Shown: piece by piece, positions 50,995 through 59,942 of the stretch
Layout: every line of letters begins with the position of its first letter
How positions within the stretch are numbered: position 1 is the first letter of the stretch
Assembly: GCA_000965745.1 (NCBI GenBank)
Contig: CP009479.1
Span: 160,001 to 224,000 of the forward strand
Direction of reading: 5' to 3'
Source: an uncultured archaeon
GTDB taxonomy: Archaea; Thermoplasmatota; Thermoplasmata; Thermoplasmatales; Thermoplasmataceae
Length of the DNA: 64,000 nucleotides
Notes under the pieces: generated by a model
The model's database searches: none
What the model was told of the DNA's origin: nothing
Seen by the model: the letters and a program-made list of their open reading frames with translations, nothing else
Program-made: the position numbers and the translations under genes

Positions 50995-51615
50995 TCATTG
51001 ACGACCGGACATCTCCTCTTCAGATCCGATCCTCCTGGAAATCGCATATGCCAGAAGGACTATACCGGATACTGTCAGGCCTATCCCGGTACCCCCGATG
51101 TACCTTGAAGAATCCTTGGTCACGGTGATGTTATAGGCTATGGAAAGCTCAACAAGGGATGAAGAATTGCTGCTTGATGTGAGGTTGAGCATGTACTCTT
51201 GCCCCTGAAGGTTCGGTGTAGGACTGATGCTTATCATGGTGCCGTTTGAGGCGTTGCCCTGCCCTACAGTGTGATAGGTTGAAACTTCATTGGTCCGGGA
51301 CTGAAGGTGATCGTACTGCAAAAGAGTGTAATGCACGGAACTCTCAGACATTCTATCGAAGTTGACGTTTTCAGTAACATTATATGGCTGGGTGAAGCTC
51401 ACGCTTGAGACACTGTCATTCCTGACTGTCGTGTTGAAGGTGTGCACGTTCTTGTTAACAATAACGTCCTTGTAATTGTACGAGAGATTTATCAGGCCAA
51501 CTCCCACAACCATCATTACAATGGAGGCTATGAAAACCCTGTTCTTCAGGACCCGCAAGAGAACTTCCTTAGGCCGGTCCCTGTGTTCCAGCAGCTTGAT
51601 TCTAGTCCTGGGCAA
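50995..51615 (-). CDS. 2-TM membrane protein with extracellular beta domain (tandem paralog 2)
   Basis: Same length (206 aa) and the same motifs as 50296..50916. Confidence 0.8.
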   Translation of the reverse strand: MPRTRIKLLEHRDRPKEVLLRVLKNRVFIASIVMMVVGVGLINLSYNYKDVIVNKNVHTFNTTVRNDSVSSVSFTQPYNVTENVNFDRMSESSVHYTLLQYDHLQSRTNEVSTYHTVGQGNASNGTMISISPTPNLQGQEYMLNLTSSSNSSSLVELSIAYNITVTKDSSRYIGGTGIGLTVSGIVLLAYAISRRIGSEEEMSGRQ

Positions 51616-51784
51616 CTAATATCAGGACATGAGAGTATAATAACATTATTAACCGTATTGCCTGATATTTTGCCCCGGACTTCGCATGATTGCGGTTCTC
51701 TAGCTGCCTCACATGAATGTATTGCAGGAAGTTTTGACCTGAGAAATGGTTAAATTGTAGAGATGCTCGTGGTATTGCATACCC

Positions 51785-52600
51785 GTGGAATTCAGGATTG
51801 GATGCTCAGGATGGAGCTACAAGGGATGGAACGGGGCATTCTACCCGAAGGGAACGAAGCCGTCGGACTATCTGGAACTTTATTCAAGAGCCTTCGACAC
51901 GGTAGAGATAGATTCGACCTTCTATGCAATCCCAGATTCCGGTACAGTCAGGAGTTGGAGAGAGCGGACCCCGGATAATTTTCTCTTCACGGCCAAAGTT
52001 CCTAAGATTGTAACTCACGAAAGGAAACTGGAGAATACCGAAGTACACATGGGATATTTCCTTGAATCCATAGGTAAACTTGGCGACAAGCTCGGCATGA
52101 TCCTTGTCCAGTTCCCCCATGGGTTCACCTATGACTCAGGTGCTGAAAAGTTCAGGAAGTTTCTGGAAAGGCTCCCGACGGATGCCAGGTTTGCAGTGGA
52201 GTTCAGGCATGATTCGTGGTTCAACGATGCTGCATATGCCTGTTTGAAGGAAAACAACGTGACACTTGCATGGTCTGAAATGCCAATGACAGGTTCCACC
52301 AACATAACAACATCATCCTCTGCATACGTCAGGCTGGTAGGGGACAGGTCAATAAAAGAGGAGGATTTTGGAACAGTCCGGAGGGACAGGACAGATGTTA
52401 TCAACAGGTGGGCCAGGGAGCTTGAAAACAAGAAGAATGTGATAGACCACACCTTTGTGTTTTCGAACAACCACTTCCAGGGTTTCGGGCCTGCCACTGT
52501 TAACTTTTTCAGGCAGGCAGTGGGCGTTGAGCCTGTTAATTGGGAAATCAGGATGAAGAATACTTCCACTGGCGAGCAGAAGTCCCTTTTCGACTGGTAG
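51785..52600 (+). CDS. DUF72 family protein
   Basis: IGCSGWSY..W...FYP, VEIDSTFY, EFRH.SW and NNH motifs. PIP-like QKSLFDW tail. Confidence 0.92.
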   Translation: MEFRIGCSGWSYKGWNGAFYPKGTKPSDYLELYSRAFDTVEIDSTFYAIPDSGTVRSWRERTPDNFLFTAKVPKIVTHERKLENTEVHMGYFLESIGKLGDKLGMILVQFPHGFTYDSGAEKFRKFLERLPTDARFAVEFRHDSWFNDAAYACLKENNVTLAWSEMPMTGSTNITTSSSAYVRLVGDRSIKEEDFGTVRRDRTDVINRWARELENKKNVIDHTFVFSNNHFQGFGPATVNFFRQAVGVEPVNWEIRMKNTSTGEQKSLFDW

Positions 52601-52601
52601 G

Positions 52602-52819
52602 GAGTGTCCTGCCTGCCACACCATTGATAAGCGGAACAGGCCGGAGCGTTCATCATTCAAATGCGTTTCCCGCGGATTCGAGGGAGAAGCGGATTTCGTC
52701 GCTTCCCTCAACATCAGGAACAGGGCTGCCGCTAGCCAGCCTATTGTAGCGGGTGCTATTTTTGATCAGTCTTTGATCCCCCAGCTGCAAGCCCCATCCG
52801 TCAGGGTGGGGTAGTTGAC
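52602..52819 (+). mobile_element. tnpB: IS200/IS605-family relic: tnpB 3' end plus right-end hairpin (omega-RNA region)
   Basis: Hand translation ECPACHTIDKRNR...FKCVSRGFEGEADFVASLNI gives the Zn finger plus RuvC-III, with a stop at 52814. Hairpin CCCCATCC-GTCA-GGGTGGGG is followed by TAGTTGAC. Confidence 0.8.
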
Positions 52820-53255
52820 ATCAACGCCGATCTTCCTTTCCCTGATCTCCTTCTGATCGGGCTTCCTGATAGGACAACCTTCCTGTCTCTGAGGAGGAGT
52901 TCAGATACACCATATTGGCTGTATTCGCTGTACTTGGAATGGTTGCTGTTGACGGGAATGTACTCGTATTCGTGGGGTTGGAACGTGATCCTGATGAAAC
53001 CGTCCTGAAGCTTGACGAGTTCACTGTCAAGAGGATTGACATGATGCTTCGTATGATCGTATGTGGAGTCAAACCACTGTTTAATCTCCCTTCTTAGGTC
53101 TATGGGTAACGGCATCTTTCCGTTGGTTCTTCTCAGTTCTTCCGCCTTCAGAACGCCGTAATGAACGGCATCACGCATGTCATTCAGGTATGTCACTATA
53201 TGATCAGACGGCTCATAGTACCACCATATGGTGCGTTTCTCACCCGATGAAGACC
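52820..53255 (-). pseudogene. tnpB: IS607-associated tnpB, 5' fragment
   Basis: Directly follows IS607 tnpA. A shifted frame reads ERKIGVDVN (RuvC-I) and the gene is cut off there. Confidence 0.7.
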
Positions 53256-53264
53256 ATGCGTGGC

Positions 53265-53845
53265 TCAGGATTTGACAGCCTCCGGTATTCTCCTGGTTTT
53301 GTGTGAGCGGAGACCATACAGGCGTGCAGAAAAGGACGTGATGATCGATATGAGATCACGTGATAGCTCTTCATGTGATGTCAGAATCTCATCGCCATCG
53401 GTTACAATCTCGACGCTGTGCGTTTAACAGATTTTCTCAACAAGATCGTATCCGAATCGTGCAAGACGATCCTTATGGATGATACATATCCTTGAAGCCC
53501 TGTCCGCTTCTATTTCATTCAGCAATCTGACGAACCCCTTGGGATCAAACCTCATGCCGCTTCTGATATCTGAAATAATATCAGGATCCGGCGATATTGA
53601 TTTCAGGCGTTGAACCTGCCTGGCAAGGTCTTCTTTCTGGTCCTGTAATGATACCCGTGCATAGATTATGACCATCTCTCCTTCGCTATGCCTAGCATCC
53701 TGTTGATCTCGCTTTCCGGGACTCTCCTGAAGTTGTTCTGCAGCCTCACGCACTTTATCTTCATCTCTCTGTCCCATTTTCTAAGGGTAGGGGGGTCGAT
53801 CTGCAATATATCACAGACATCTCTGAGGGTGTAGAGTTTCTCCGT
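53265..53845 (-). pseudogene. tnpA: IS607 serine-recombinase transposase, inactivated
   Basis: MerR-type HTH (TLRKWDRE), IYARVS, HKDRLARFG and ITSFSARLYGLRSHK. The start reads ACG, there is a frameshift near 53675 and a premature stop at 53424. Confidence 0.88.
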
Positions 53846-53912
53846 AACTTATAACAATATATCACAATAATAATTAATGTCTTTTTCCAGCTGTTAGGCC
53901 CCACAACAACTG

Positions 53913-54548
53913 TCAGATCTTTTCCTTGAGACCGCCGTATATATTTTGTCCATGTCCTGACAGAAGAACATCCGCCCCGGACTCCCTGACCACCCTGGCA
54001 AATTCTGTGCGGGCTTTACCATATGGCTTGTGGGGCGGATCGTGTGGGAACCATTCGGGGGCAACCACCAGGTTTCCCGCCGAATCCCCTATGGCAATAT
54101 CCCCGACTATGAGCTCTTCCTCCGGTGTGAGGAATGCGTACTCATCAATACAGGGAACCCCAGATGTCCTTTCAGATGCCACCGTTATCCTGAATGGCTT
54201 CAGCCCGTAGATTTTATCCATGCCGTATCTCTCGAATTCCCTGATTTCTTTCTGCTCCAGTATAGCTTCCGGGTTGACGGAGATTGACTCATGCTGATCC
54301 GGGATGAGCAGCCTTGCGCCGGTTTTCTTCGAGATGTAACGGGCTCCCCGTGTGTGGTCCAGCGTGGTCAGCATTATTGCCTCCAGCTTACCAAGCCTGC
54401 TGATGGAATCAATCAGGCCGGGAACCAATGGCGGATCGATGGCGATGCACTTACTTTCATCGAGAATGAGGTGGCCGTACATGATCCAGTCGCCTTCTGG
54501 GTCTGGCGTCCCCCATCTCAGAATTCTCCTGGTTACTGGGATGAACAT
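53913..54548 (-). CDS. metallo-beta-lactamase-fold protein (degenerate metal motif)
   Basis: IDPP, LTTLDHTRGA, IVGD and SGHG motifs. Confidence 0.75.
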   Translation of the reverse strand: MFIPVTRRILRWGTPDPEGDWIMYGHLILDESKCIAIDPPLVPGLIDSISRLGKLEAIMLTTLDHTRGARYISKKTGARLLIPDQHESISVNPEAILEQKEIREFERYGMDKIYGLKPFRITVASERTSGVPCIDEYAFLTPEEELIVGDIAIGDSAGNLVVAPEWFPHDPPHKPYGKARTEFARVVRESGADVLLSGHGQNIYGGLKEKI

Positions 54549-55141
54549 GATACATACACCCGGGAGGTGGATATTATGTTTGACCCGCCATATGGCTGCA
54601 TTCAGGCAAGGAAGCGAAAGTGGCTGTGGACGAAGCCTTATACGCCGTGATTCCTGAGCCAACTGAAAACCAGAGTTGAGGTGCAGAATGTGTGCCGCTT
54701 CATTCTAATCATACATTAAGGGCTTGTCCTGCGGCGTGCGTGAATGGCCTCACTATTGTCCCGTTCTACCTGCATTGAACCGGTTCCTGCATTTGTGCTT
54801 GCAGAGTGCAATAGTCTCCAGTCTGCAAAGAATCCGGATATTGCATCACTTTTGAGAAAATGGTGTCCTGGCCCAACAGTTTCAGGGGAGGTATAATGGG
54901 GGAGTTCACTGCCTGTGTGCGGCCCTCCTCCTATCCGTACATCCTGCTTCATCAATGCCCCCTTACGCCTTCTTGATGATCTTGTCCGTGGATGAACTTC
55001 ACGAAATTTGAGGAAGTAGCCTCGATTTCGAGTGGGGAAAGAACTTGCCGTCGCAGGGTAAATCTCGAGAGCAGCAGTGTCCTGATGAAGCCCGTTCAGA
55101 GAAAAACTATTATAGATTCTGATATTAACCGACTTGCACAG

Positions 55142-55201
55142 GAGGAATGGCGTTTCCTCAAGAATGTGAACCGCCGGCGGCAGCTGGCTGATGACGCCTG
55201 A
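55142..55201 (+). ncRNA. fluoride riboswitch (crcB motif)
   Basis: P1 GAGGAA/TTCCTC with TGGCGT loop, conserved AACCGC, stem GCCGGC-GGCA-GCTGGC and conserved TGATGAC. Pseudoknot GGCGT (55149-53) pairs with ACGCC (55194-98). TATTATA box about 30 nt upstream. Confidence 0.9.
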
Positions 55202-55213
55202 ATTAAGCCGTAG

Positions 55214-56167
55214 GTGATTCGCATTAACTTCGTAATGTTAGGGGAAACGTTGTCGCAGTACCTGTTCGTGGTATTCCTTTCTCCGCTCTTCACGGGAATA
55301 TTCTCAAAGTTCAAAAGCAGGATTGAGTCCAAAAAGGGGCCATCTATTTTTCAGCCGTATTACGATATTTTCAAGTTATTCAGGAAGGAAACGCTTATCC
55401 CTGAAGGTTCAGGAATACTTTTCAGATATGTCCCGTATGCTGCATTTGGCGTATATTCCCTAATATCCCTGATAGTTCCTGTCCTGATACCAGTTCCCGT
55501 ATTTTTTACAGCTTCTGCAGACTTCCTGGGTGGTGCAATACTCTTTTCCCTCGCTGCATTCCTGAAGATGTCCGCAGCCATGAATTCAGGCAGTAACTTC
55601 TCTGCCATGGGAACCTCCAGGATAATTTCCTTCAATTTCCTGGCCGAAGGGGCGCTCATAACAGTATTCTTTGGAGTGTCACTGATTACCGCAACAAACA
55701 ATCCCTATACGACACATTCATTCCTGTCGACAAACCTCCTGCAGAATTTCTCACTTGTTCACATCTTCTCAACACTTGCGTTCTTCATGCTTTTCCTGTA
55801 TGAAACAGGAAAAATACCCCTTCAGAGCGAAGGGCTGCCGGAGCTTGGAATGATCGATTCGGGCCTGAATTTTGAGTACAGCGGGAAACTGCTTGCCATA
55901 AACAGGTGGACGTCCCACATGAAGCAGTATCTTCTGGGGTCAATATTTCTTAATGTGTTCTTTGTCCCTTGGGGGCTCTTCAGCACATACCCGCTATTCC
56001 TTCTGGATTTTCCAGTCATGTTTCTCAAGTGGATGCTTCTGATCTTTATCGTCATCGTAATAGAGACCACCCTTGCCAAACTCAGGCTCTTCAAGGTGCT
56101 TGATTATCTTGCCACTGCTTTCACGTTTTCCGTCCTGTTCCTCATATTCAGCGAGGTGATAGTGTGA
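55214..56167 (+). CDS. Ehr complex membrane subunit (HyfC/HycD/NuoH-like)
   Basis: GPSIFQPYYDIFKLF.KE, EYSG and ETTLAKLRLF motifs. The true start may be ATT 55223 or ATG 55235. Confidence 0.9.
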   Translation: MIRINFVMLGETLSQYLFVVFLSPLFTGIFSKFKSRIESKKGPSIFQPYYDIFKLFRKETLIPEGSGILFRYVPYAAFGVYSLISLIVPVLIPVPVFFTASADFLGGAILFSLAAFLKMSAAMNSGSNFSAMGTSRIISFNFLAEGALITVFFGVSLITATNNPYTTHSFLSTNLLQNFSLVHIFSTLAFFMLFLYETGKIPLQSEGLPELGMIDSGLNFEYSGKLLAINRWTSHMKQYLLGSIFLNVFFVPWGLFSTYPLFLLDFPVMFLKWMLLIFIVIVIETTLAKLRLFKVLDYLATAFTFSVLFLIFSEVIV

Positions 56168-56811
56168 ACGCGCTGATTGAGGTGCTGATATACCCAATCT
56201 CAAGCTTTATCCTGATATCGGCATTTTACCTTCAGGCCCAGGAGTTTGTCCGCTCAATGGTGATTGGGCAGATGATACAGTCGGCCCTTCTCGGTTTTCT
56301 CTCATTTGTTATAGGATTCGCCGAGTCCGATTACGACTTCTTCATACTTGGAGTGCTGATAGTCGTGCTCAGGGCATTCCTCGTAACTTACATGCTTGAG
56401 AGAAGGGTCCCGAGGGAGAAGATCCATCTCCATGAGAAGAAAGTGGATGTTGCCTTCACATTCCTTGTCAACCTGATCCTCGTCGTCACTGCTGTTTTCC
56501 TCATATATTTCCTGATTTTCAGGTCAATCCACCTCGTCCCTGATATAGGAAGCAGCACCATCTTCATCTTTCCCTTGACACTCTTCTTCCAGGGGCTATT
56601 CCTCATCGCATCCAGGAAGACCACATTTGCCCAGATAATCGGGTATGTGGAGGAGGAGAATGCGCTTGTCCTATTCGCCATGTTTCTTCTCCCGATTCCG
56701 CTGATCATTGAGGCAAGCGTGTTCCTGGATGTCCTCGCGCTCGTAGTGGTGTCGTCAATAGTTGTCATAGAGAAATTCGCCCATGAAAAAATGGAGGATT
56801 TGGTAGGATGA
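56164..56811 (+). CDS. Ehr complex membrane subunit (HyfE-like)
   Basis: Multi-TM with QIIGYVEEENA and IIE...LD. GTGA overlap with the previous gene. Confidence 0.85.
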   Translation: MNALIEVLIYPISSFILISAFYLQAQEFVRSMVIGQMIQSALLGFLSFVIGFAESDYDFFILGVLIVVLRAFLVTYMLERRVPREKIHLHEKKVDVAFTFLVNLILVVTAVFLIYFLIFRSIHLVPDIGSSTIFIFPLTLFFQGLFLIASRKTTFAQIIGYVEEENALVLFAMFLLPIPLIIEASVFLDVLALVVVSSIVVIEKFAHEKMEDLVG

Positions 56812-58151
56812 TCGCACAGACACTTCTTGCGTTGCTTATCCTTTTCATTCCGGTTGCGTCGTACGCTGCCTATTGCTTCGCGGGAAAGTCCTCTCTTATT
56901 GTGGGCGGGGGACTGAACGTGGCAGTCGCAGGCCTGATGTACTTCGGACCGGACCTGTCGGGAATTTTCTACATAGATTTCACAACCTGGGTCTTCGTTA
57001 TCATGGTTGCTTCTGTCCATTTCCTGTCTGTCACATACGCGACAAAGTATTTTCATGGCACGGATCTCGGAATAAGGGAGAATACCTTCTACCTCCTCAT
57101 GAGCCTGTTCACAACATCGATGTTCTTCAGCCTTGAAATCAACAATTTCGGGTTGATGTGGGTAGGAATAGAGGCAACAACCATCTCATCGTCGCTACTC
57201 CTTATTGCGGAAAAAACAGAAACCTCGCTTGAAGCCACCTGGAGATATCTGGTTCTGGTATCAGCAGGCGTTACGTTTGCATTCCTGTCAATCATACTGA
57301 TATTCTATTCCCTTGGCACTCTCGATGTCTCGTCGATAATTTCCCATGGCCCCGAAGCATCCCCCGTTCTTGCACTTGCTGTTACGATAGCACTGATGGG
57401 CTTTGGAACAAAGGTTGGCATATTCCCAGTTCACACATGGCTGCCGGACGCGCACAGCGAGTCGCCTGCCCCGGTCAGCGCCATGTTCTCCGGAGTCCTG
57501 CTTCCAACTGCCCTGTATGTGCTCTACAGGGTATATGAAATTGATCCACTGACTCCTCTGTACCTGTGGGCAGGAGTCGTGTCAATAGCTGCCGCTTCCA
57601 TCTTTCTCGGGTACCAGACCAGGTACAAGCGCATGTTTGCCTATTCAACCATGGAGAACATGAACCTGGCACTCATAGGGTTTGCAATAGGCGGTACAGC
57701 CGGAATAACAGGCGCGCTACTTCTCCTCATTTCGCACAGTTTTGCGAAAGCAGGGGCTTTTTACACGTCAGGGTCAATTTTCAAGGCCTCCGGCCTCAAG
57801 AAGATCTCCGAGATCAAGGGCCTCTGGAAGTCAATGCCCGCATCCTCGGCATCACTCCTCATGTCCTCCCTTGCAGTTACAGGGGCGCCACCCTTTGGGA
57901 CTTTCTTCGGTGAATTCCTGATATTCTACGGCCTCCTGTCAATGCATTATTACTTTCCGCTGGCAATAATTGCATTCTTTCTAGTAACAGCATTCATAGC
58001 TGTCAACCATAACGTCTCCGGGATGCTGTTCGATGGGGAATCGTCCTACAGTGAGCCTGGAAAGGTGATGCCTTTCCTTGGAATACTGTCTTCTGCCATA
58101 CCTGTTCTGATAGGGTTGGTTTTCGTGGTGGTGTATCTTGAAACATTATAA
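56808..58151 (+). CDS. Ehr antiporter-like subunit (HyfF-like)
   Basis: WVGIEATT, LEATWRY, GTKVG.FP.HTWLPDAHSE and KRMFAYST.E motifs. Confidence 0.92.
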   Translation: MIAQTLLALLILFIPVASYAAYCFAGKSSLIVGGGLNVAVAGLMYFGPDLSGIFYIDFTTWVFVIMVASVHFLSVTYATKYFHGTDLGIRENTFYLLMSLFTTSMFFSLEINNFGLMWVGIEATTISSSLLLIAEKTETSLEATWRYLVLVSAGVTFAFLSIILIFYSLGTLDVSSIISHGPEASPVLALAVTIALMGFGTKVGIFPVHTWLPDAHSESPAPVSAMFSGVLLPTALYVLYRVYEIDPLTPLYLWAGVVSIAAASIFLGYQTRYKRMFAYSTMENMNLALIGFAIGGTAGITGALLLLISHSFAKAGAFYTSGSIFKASGLKKISEIKGLWKSMPASSASLLMSSLAVTGAPPFGTFFGEFLIFYGLLSMHYYFPLAIIAFFLVTAFIAVNHNVSGMLFDGESSYSEPGKVMPFLGILSSAIPVLIGLVFVVVYLETL

Positions 58152-59313
58152 GTTCGGGGAAGCGAGGGGAAGATATATTGGCCCTGCCGGCGACATTCAG
58201 GTCTACTCTGAAGGGCTGGTGAGAGGTGAAAGCGGGTTCAGGAAGGAGCGTCACGACCATGAACACGACGGGCAACTCTGGTTTGATTACGGGCCGTCCA
58301 CAGGAGGAATGCTTGAATCGGTAGGGATAAGCTTTCTTACTCCCGGAGAGCTCATTTCGGAAACCCTGGTTGACCCTTCGTTCAAGAAGAGGACGCTTGT
58401 GGTAAAAGGAAAGAGCGTGGAAGATGCGCTGCTTACTGTGGAAAGGATAAACGGGTTTCATGCAGCCTCACACTCAATAGCTTACTGTTCGGCTGTGGAG
58501 GATGCCCTGGGCATTAATACGGATGCGGGGACGCGCAGCAGCAGGATTGTCATGCTGGAGATGGAGAGGGTGAGGAGCCACCTTGAAGTCATCAAGAGGC
58601 TATGCGAGCCGGCTGGCTTTGGTGTCCCCCACAGCCAGATCGGTTACATCAGAGAGAGGATGTCGAGGCTGATATCATCGGTATCCGGGCACAGATACTT
58701 CTTTTCAGCCAACAGCATTGGATCAGCCGCAATTGACTCCAAGAACCTTCTGGGTGAGACAGAGGCTATTGGGGCAGAGTTTGCCAGGGTTTATGACGGG
58801 CTTCTCCAATCAAAGATCTTTCTAAACAGGCTGCAGAACAATGGAAGGAATGAGGATGGGCAGCATCTCATCGGCCCTGCTGCCAGGGCATGCAACAGGA
58901 GGATAGACGCCAGGCTGGATTCTCCTTCCATGGATTATTCAGGCGCAGAATTTGAGGTGCCAGTTGCAGAAGAGGGAGACTCATTCGCCAGGTTCGCTGT
59001 CAGGAGTGGTGAAATCATGCAGTCCCTGTCAATCATAAGGAATATTGCAGAAGGACCGGAGGAGGAAGGAAGAGAGCACGACACAGGAGGAAGTGGAGAG
59101 GGGGCAGCCAGAGTTGAGAGCCCGCAGGGAGACCTGTTCTATTACGTGAATGTGCGGGATGGGATTCTTGAGGATATCAGGATGCTGTCGCCTTCCATGG
59201 TCAACATCAGTTCCTTTGAAGCCTCAATGAAGGGCAATATATTCACGGATTTCCACTTCAACTGGGAAAGTTACGGCATTTGGATATCTGAGGCGGGGGT
59301 GGAATTTGCATGA
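58138..59313 (+). CDS. Ehr large subunit (HyfG/HycE/NuoD-like) without NiFe ligands
   Basis: ERINGFHAASH replaces RxCGxC. LEMERVRSHL, GDSFARF and ESPQG are present. The C-terminal DPCxxC is absent. Confidence 0.9.
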   Translation: MKHYKFGEARGRYIGPAGDIQVYSEGLVRGESGFRKERHDHEHDGQLWFDYGPSTGGMLESVGISFLTPGELISETLVDPSFKKRTLVVKGKSVEDALLTVERINGFHAASHSIAYCSAVEDALGINTDAGTRSSRIVMLEMERVRSHLEVIKRLCEPAGFGVPHSQIGYIRERMSRLISSVSGHRYFFSANSIGSAAIDSKNLLGETEAIGAEFARVYDGLLQSKIFLNRLQNNGRNEDGQHLIGPAARACNRRIDARLDSPSMDYSGAEFEVPVAEEGDSFARFAVRSGEIMQSLSIIRNIAEGPEEEGREHDTGGSGEGAARVESPQGDLFYYVNVRDGILEDIRMLSPSMVNISSFEASMKGNIFTDFHFNWESYGIWISEAGVEFA

Positions 59314-59942
59314 GCAGTTTCTGGTTTTTTGAAGGCTTAAGGAAGGGCAGGAAAACTGAGAAATTTCCCCGTGCACCTCCTGAATCACCGCCCCTAAGGC
59401 CATCAAGAATGAAAGGGGAAGGGTTCCATGAATGCCCTACCGATGCGATTGCGGAGGGCGAATGGGTGCAGGAAAAATGCATCTTCTGCAGAAGGTGTGA
59501 AGAACAGTTCAAGCCGACTGGGGAGCAAGACATATTCGACGTAAAGAGGACTGAAAAAATTCTCATGAGGTCAATACACCTCTACAGGCTGGACAGCGGA
59601 TCATGCGGAGCCTGCAACACGGAATTCTCAGCGATATTTGACCCACAGTATGACGCCCACAGGCTCAGGATATTTGAGACCAACACCCCGAGGCACGCAG
59701 ATGCGATCGTGATAATGGGAATTGCCACCGATGGTATGAAGGAGGCTCTTGACAGGGCATATGAGGCAATGCCTGAACCAAAACTCGTGATCGCGCTTGG
59801 TGCGTGTGCGGTCTCCGGAGGTGTGCTTGGCGACGCCCCGCTGGATCGTGACATGTACGACGTTGAGATAGCAGGGTGCCCGCCTTCACCATACACAATC
59901 CTTGAAGCTATAGACCGGGCAAGGGGCGATTCACATGATTGA
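59310..59942 (+). CDS. Ehr small subunit (HyfI/NuoB-like) with N-terminal ferredoxin-like cluster
   Basis: CPTDAI...CIFCRRC, GSCGAC..E, PRHAD, GACA and GCPPSP motifs. Confidence 0.92.
   Translation: MSSFWFFEGLRKGRKTEKFPRAPPESPPLRPSRMKGEGFHECPTDAIAEGEWVQEKCIFCRRCEEQFKPTGEQDIFDVKRTEKILMRSIHLYRLDSGSCGACNTEFSAIFDPQYDAHRLRIFETNTPRHADAIVIMGIATDGMKEALDRAYEAMPEPKLVIALGACAVSGGVLGDAPLDRDMYDVEIAGCPPSPYTILEAIDRARGDSHD

Noticed and set aside
55075-55110. Hammerhead ribozyme-like CTGATGA...GAAA
   Set aside because: No stem II between the motifs and no convincing stems I or III.
54716-55201. Short ORFs 54716..54955 and 54992..55201
   Set aside because: No recognisable motifs. The second runs through the promoter and the riboswitch.
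58138-59313. True [NiFe]-hydrogenase / formate hydrogenlyase large subunit
   Set aside because: Both Ni-binding CxxC motifs are missing and there are no hyp maturation genes in the window.
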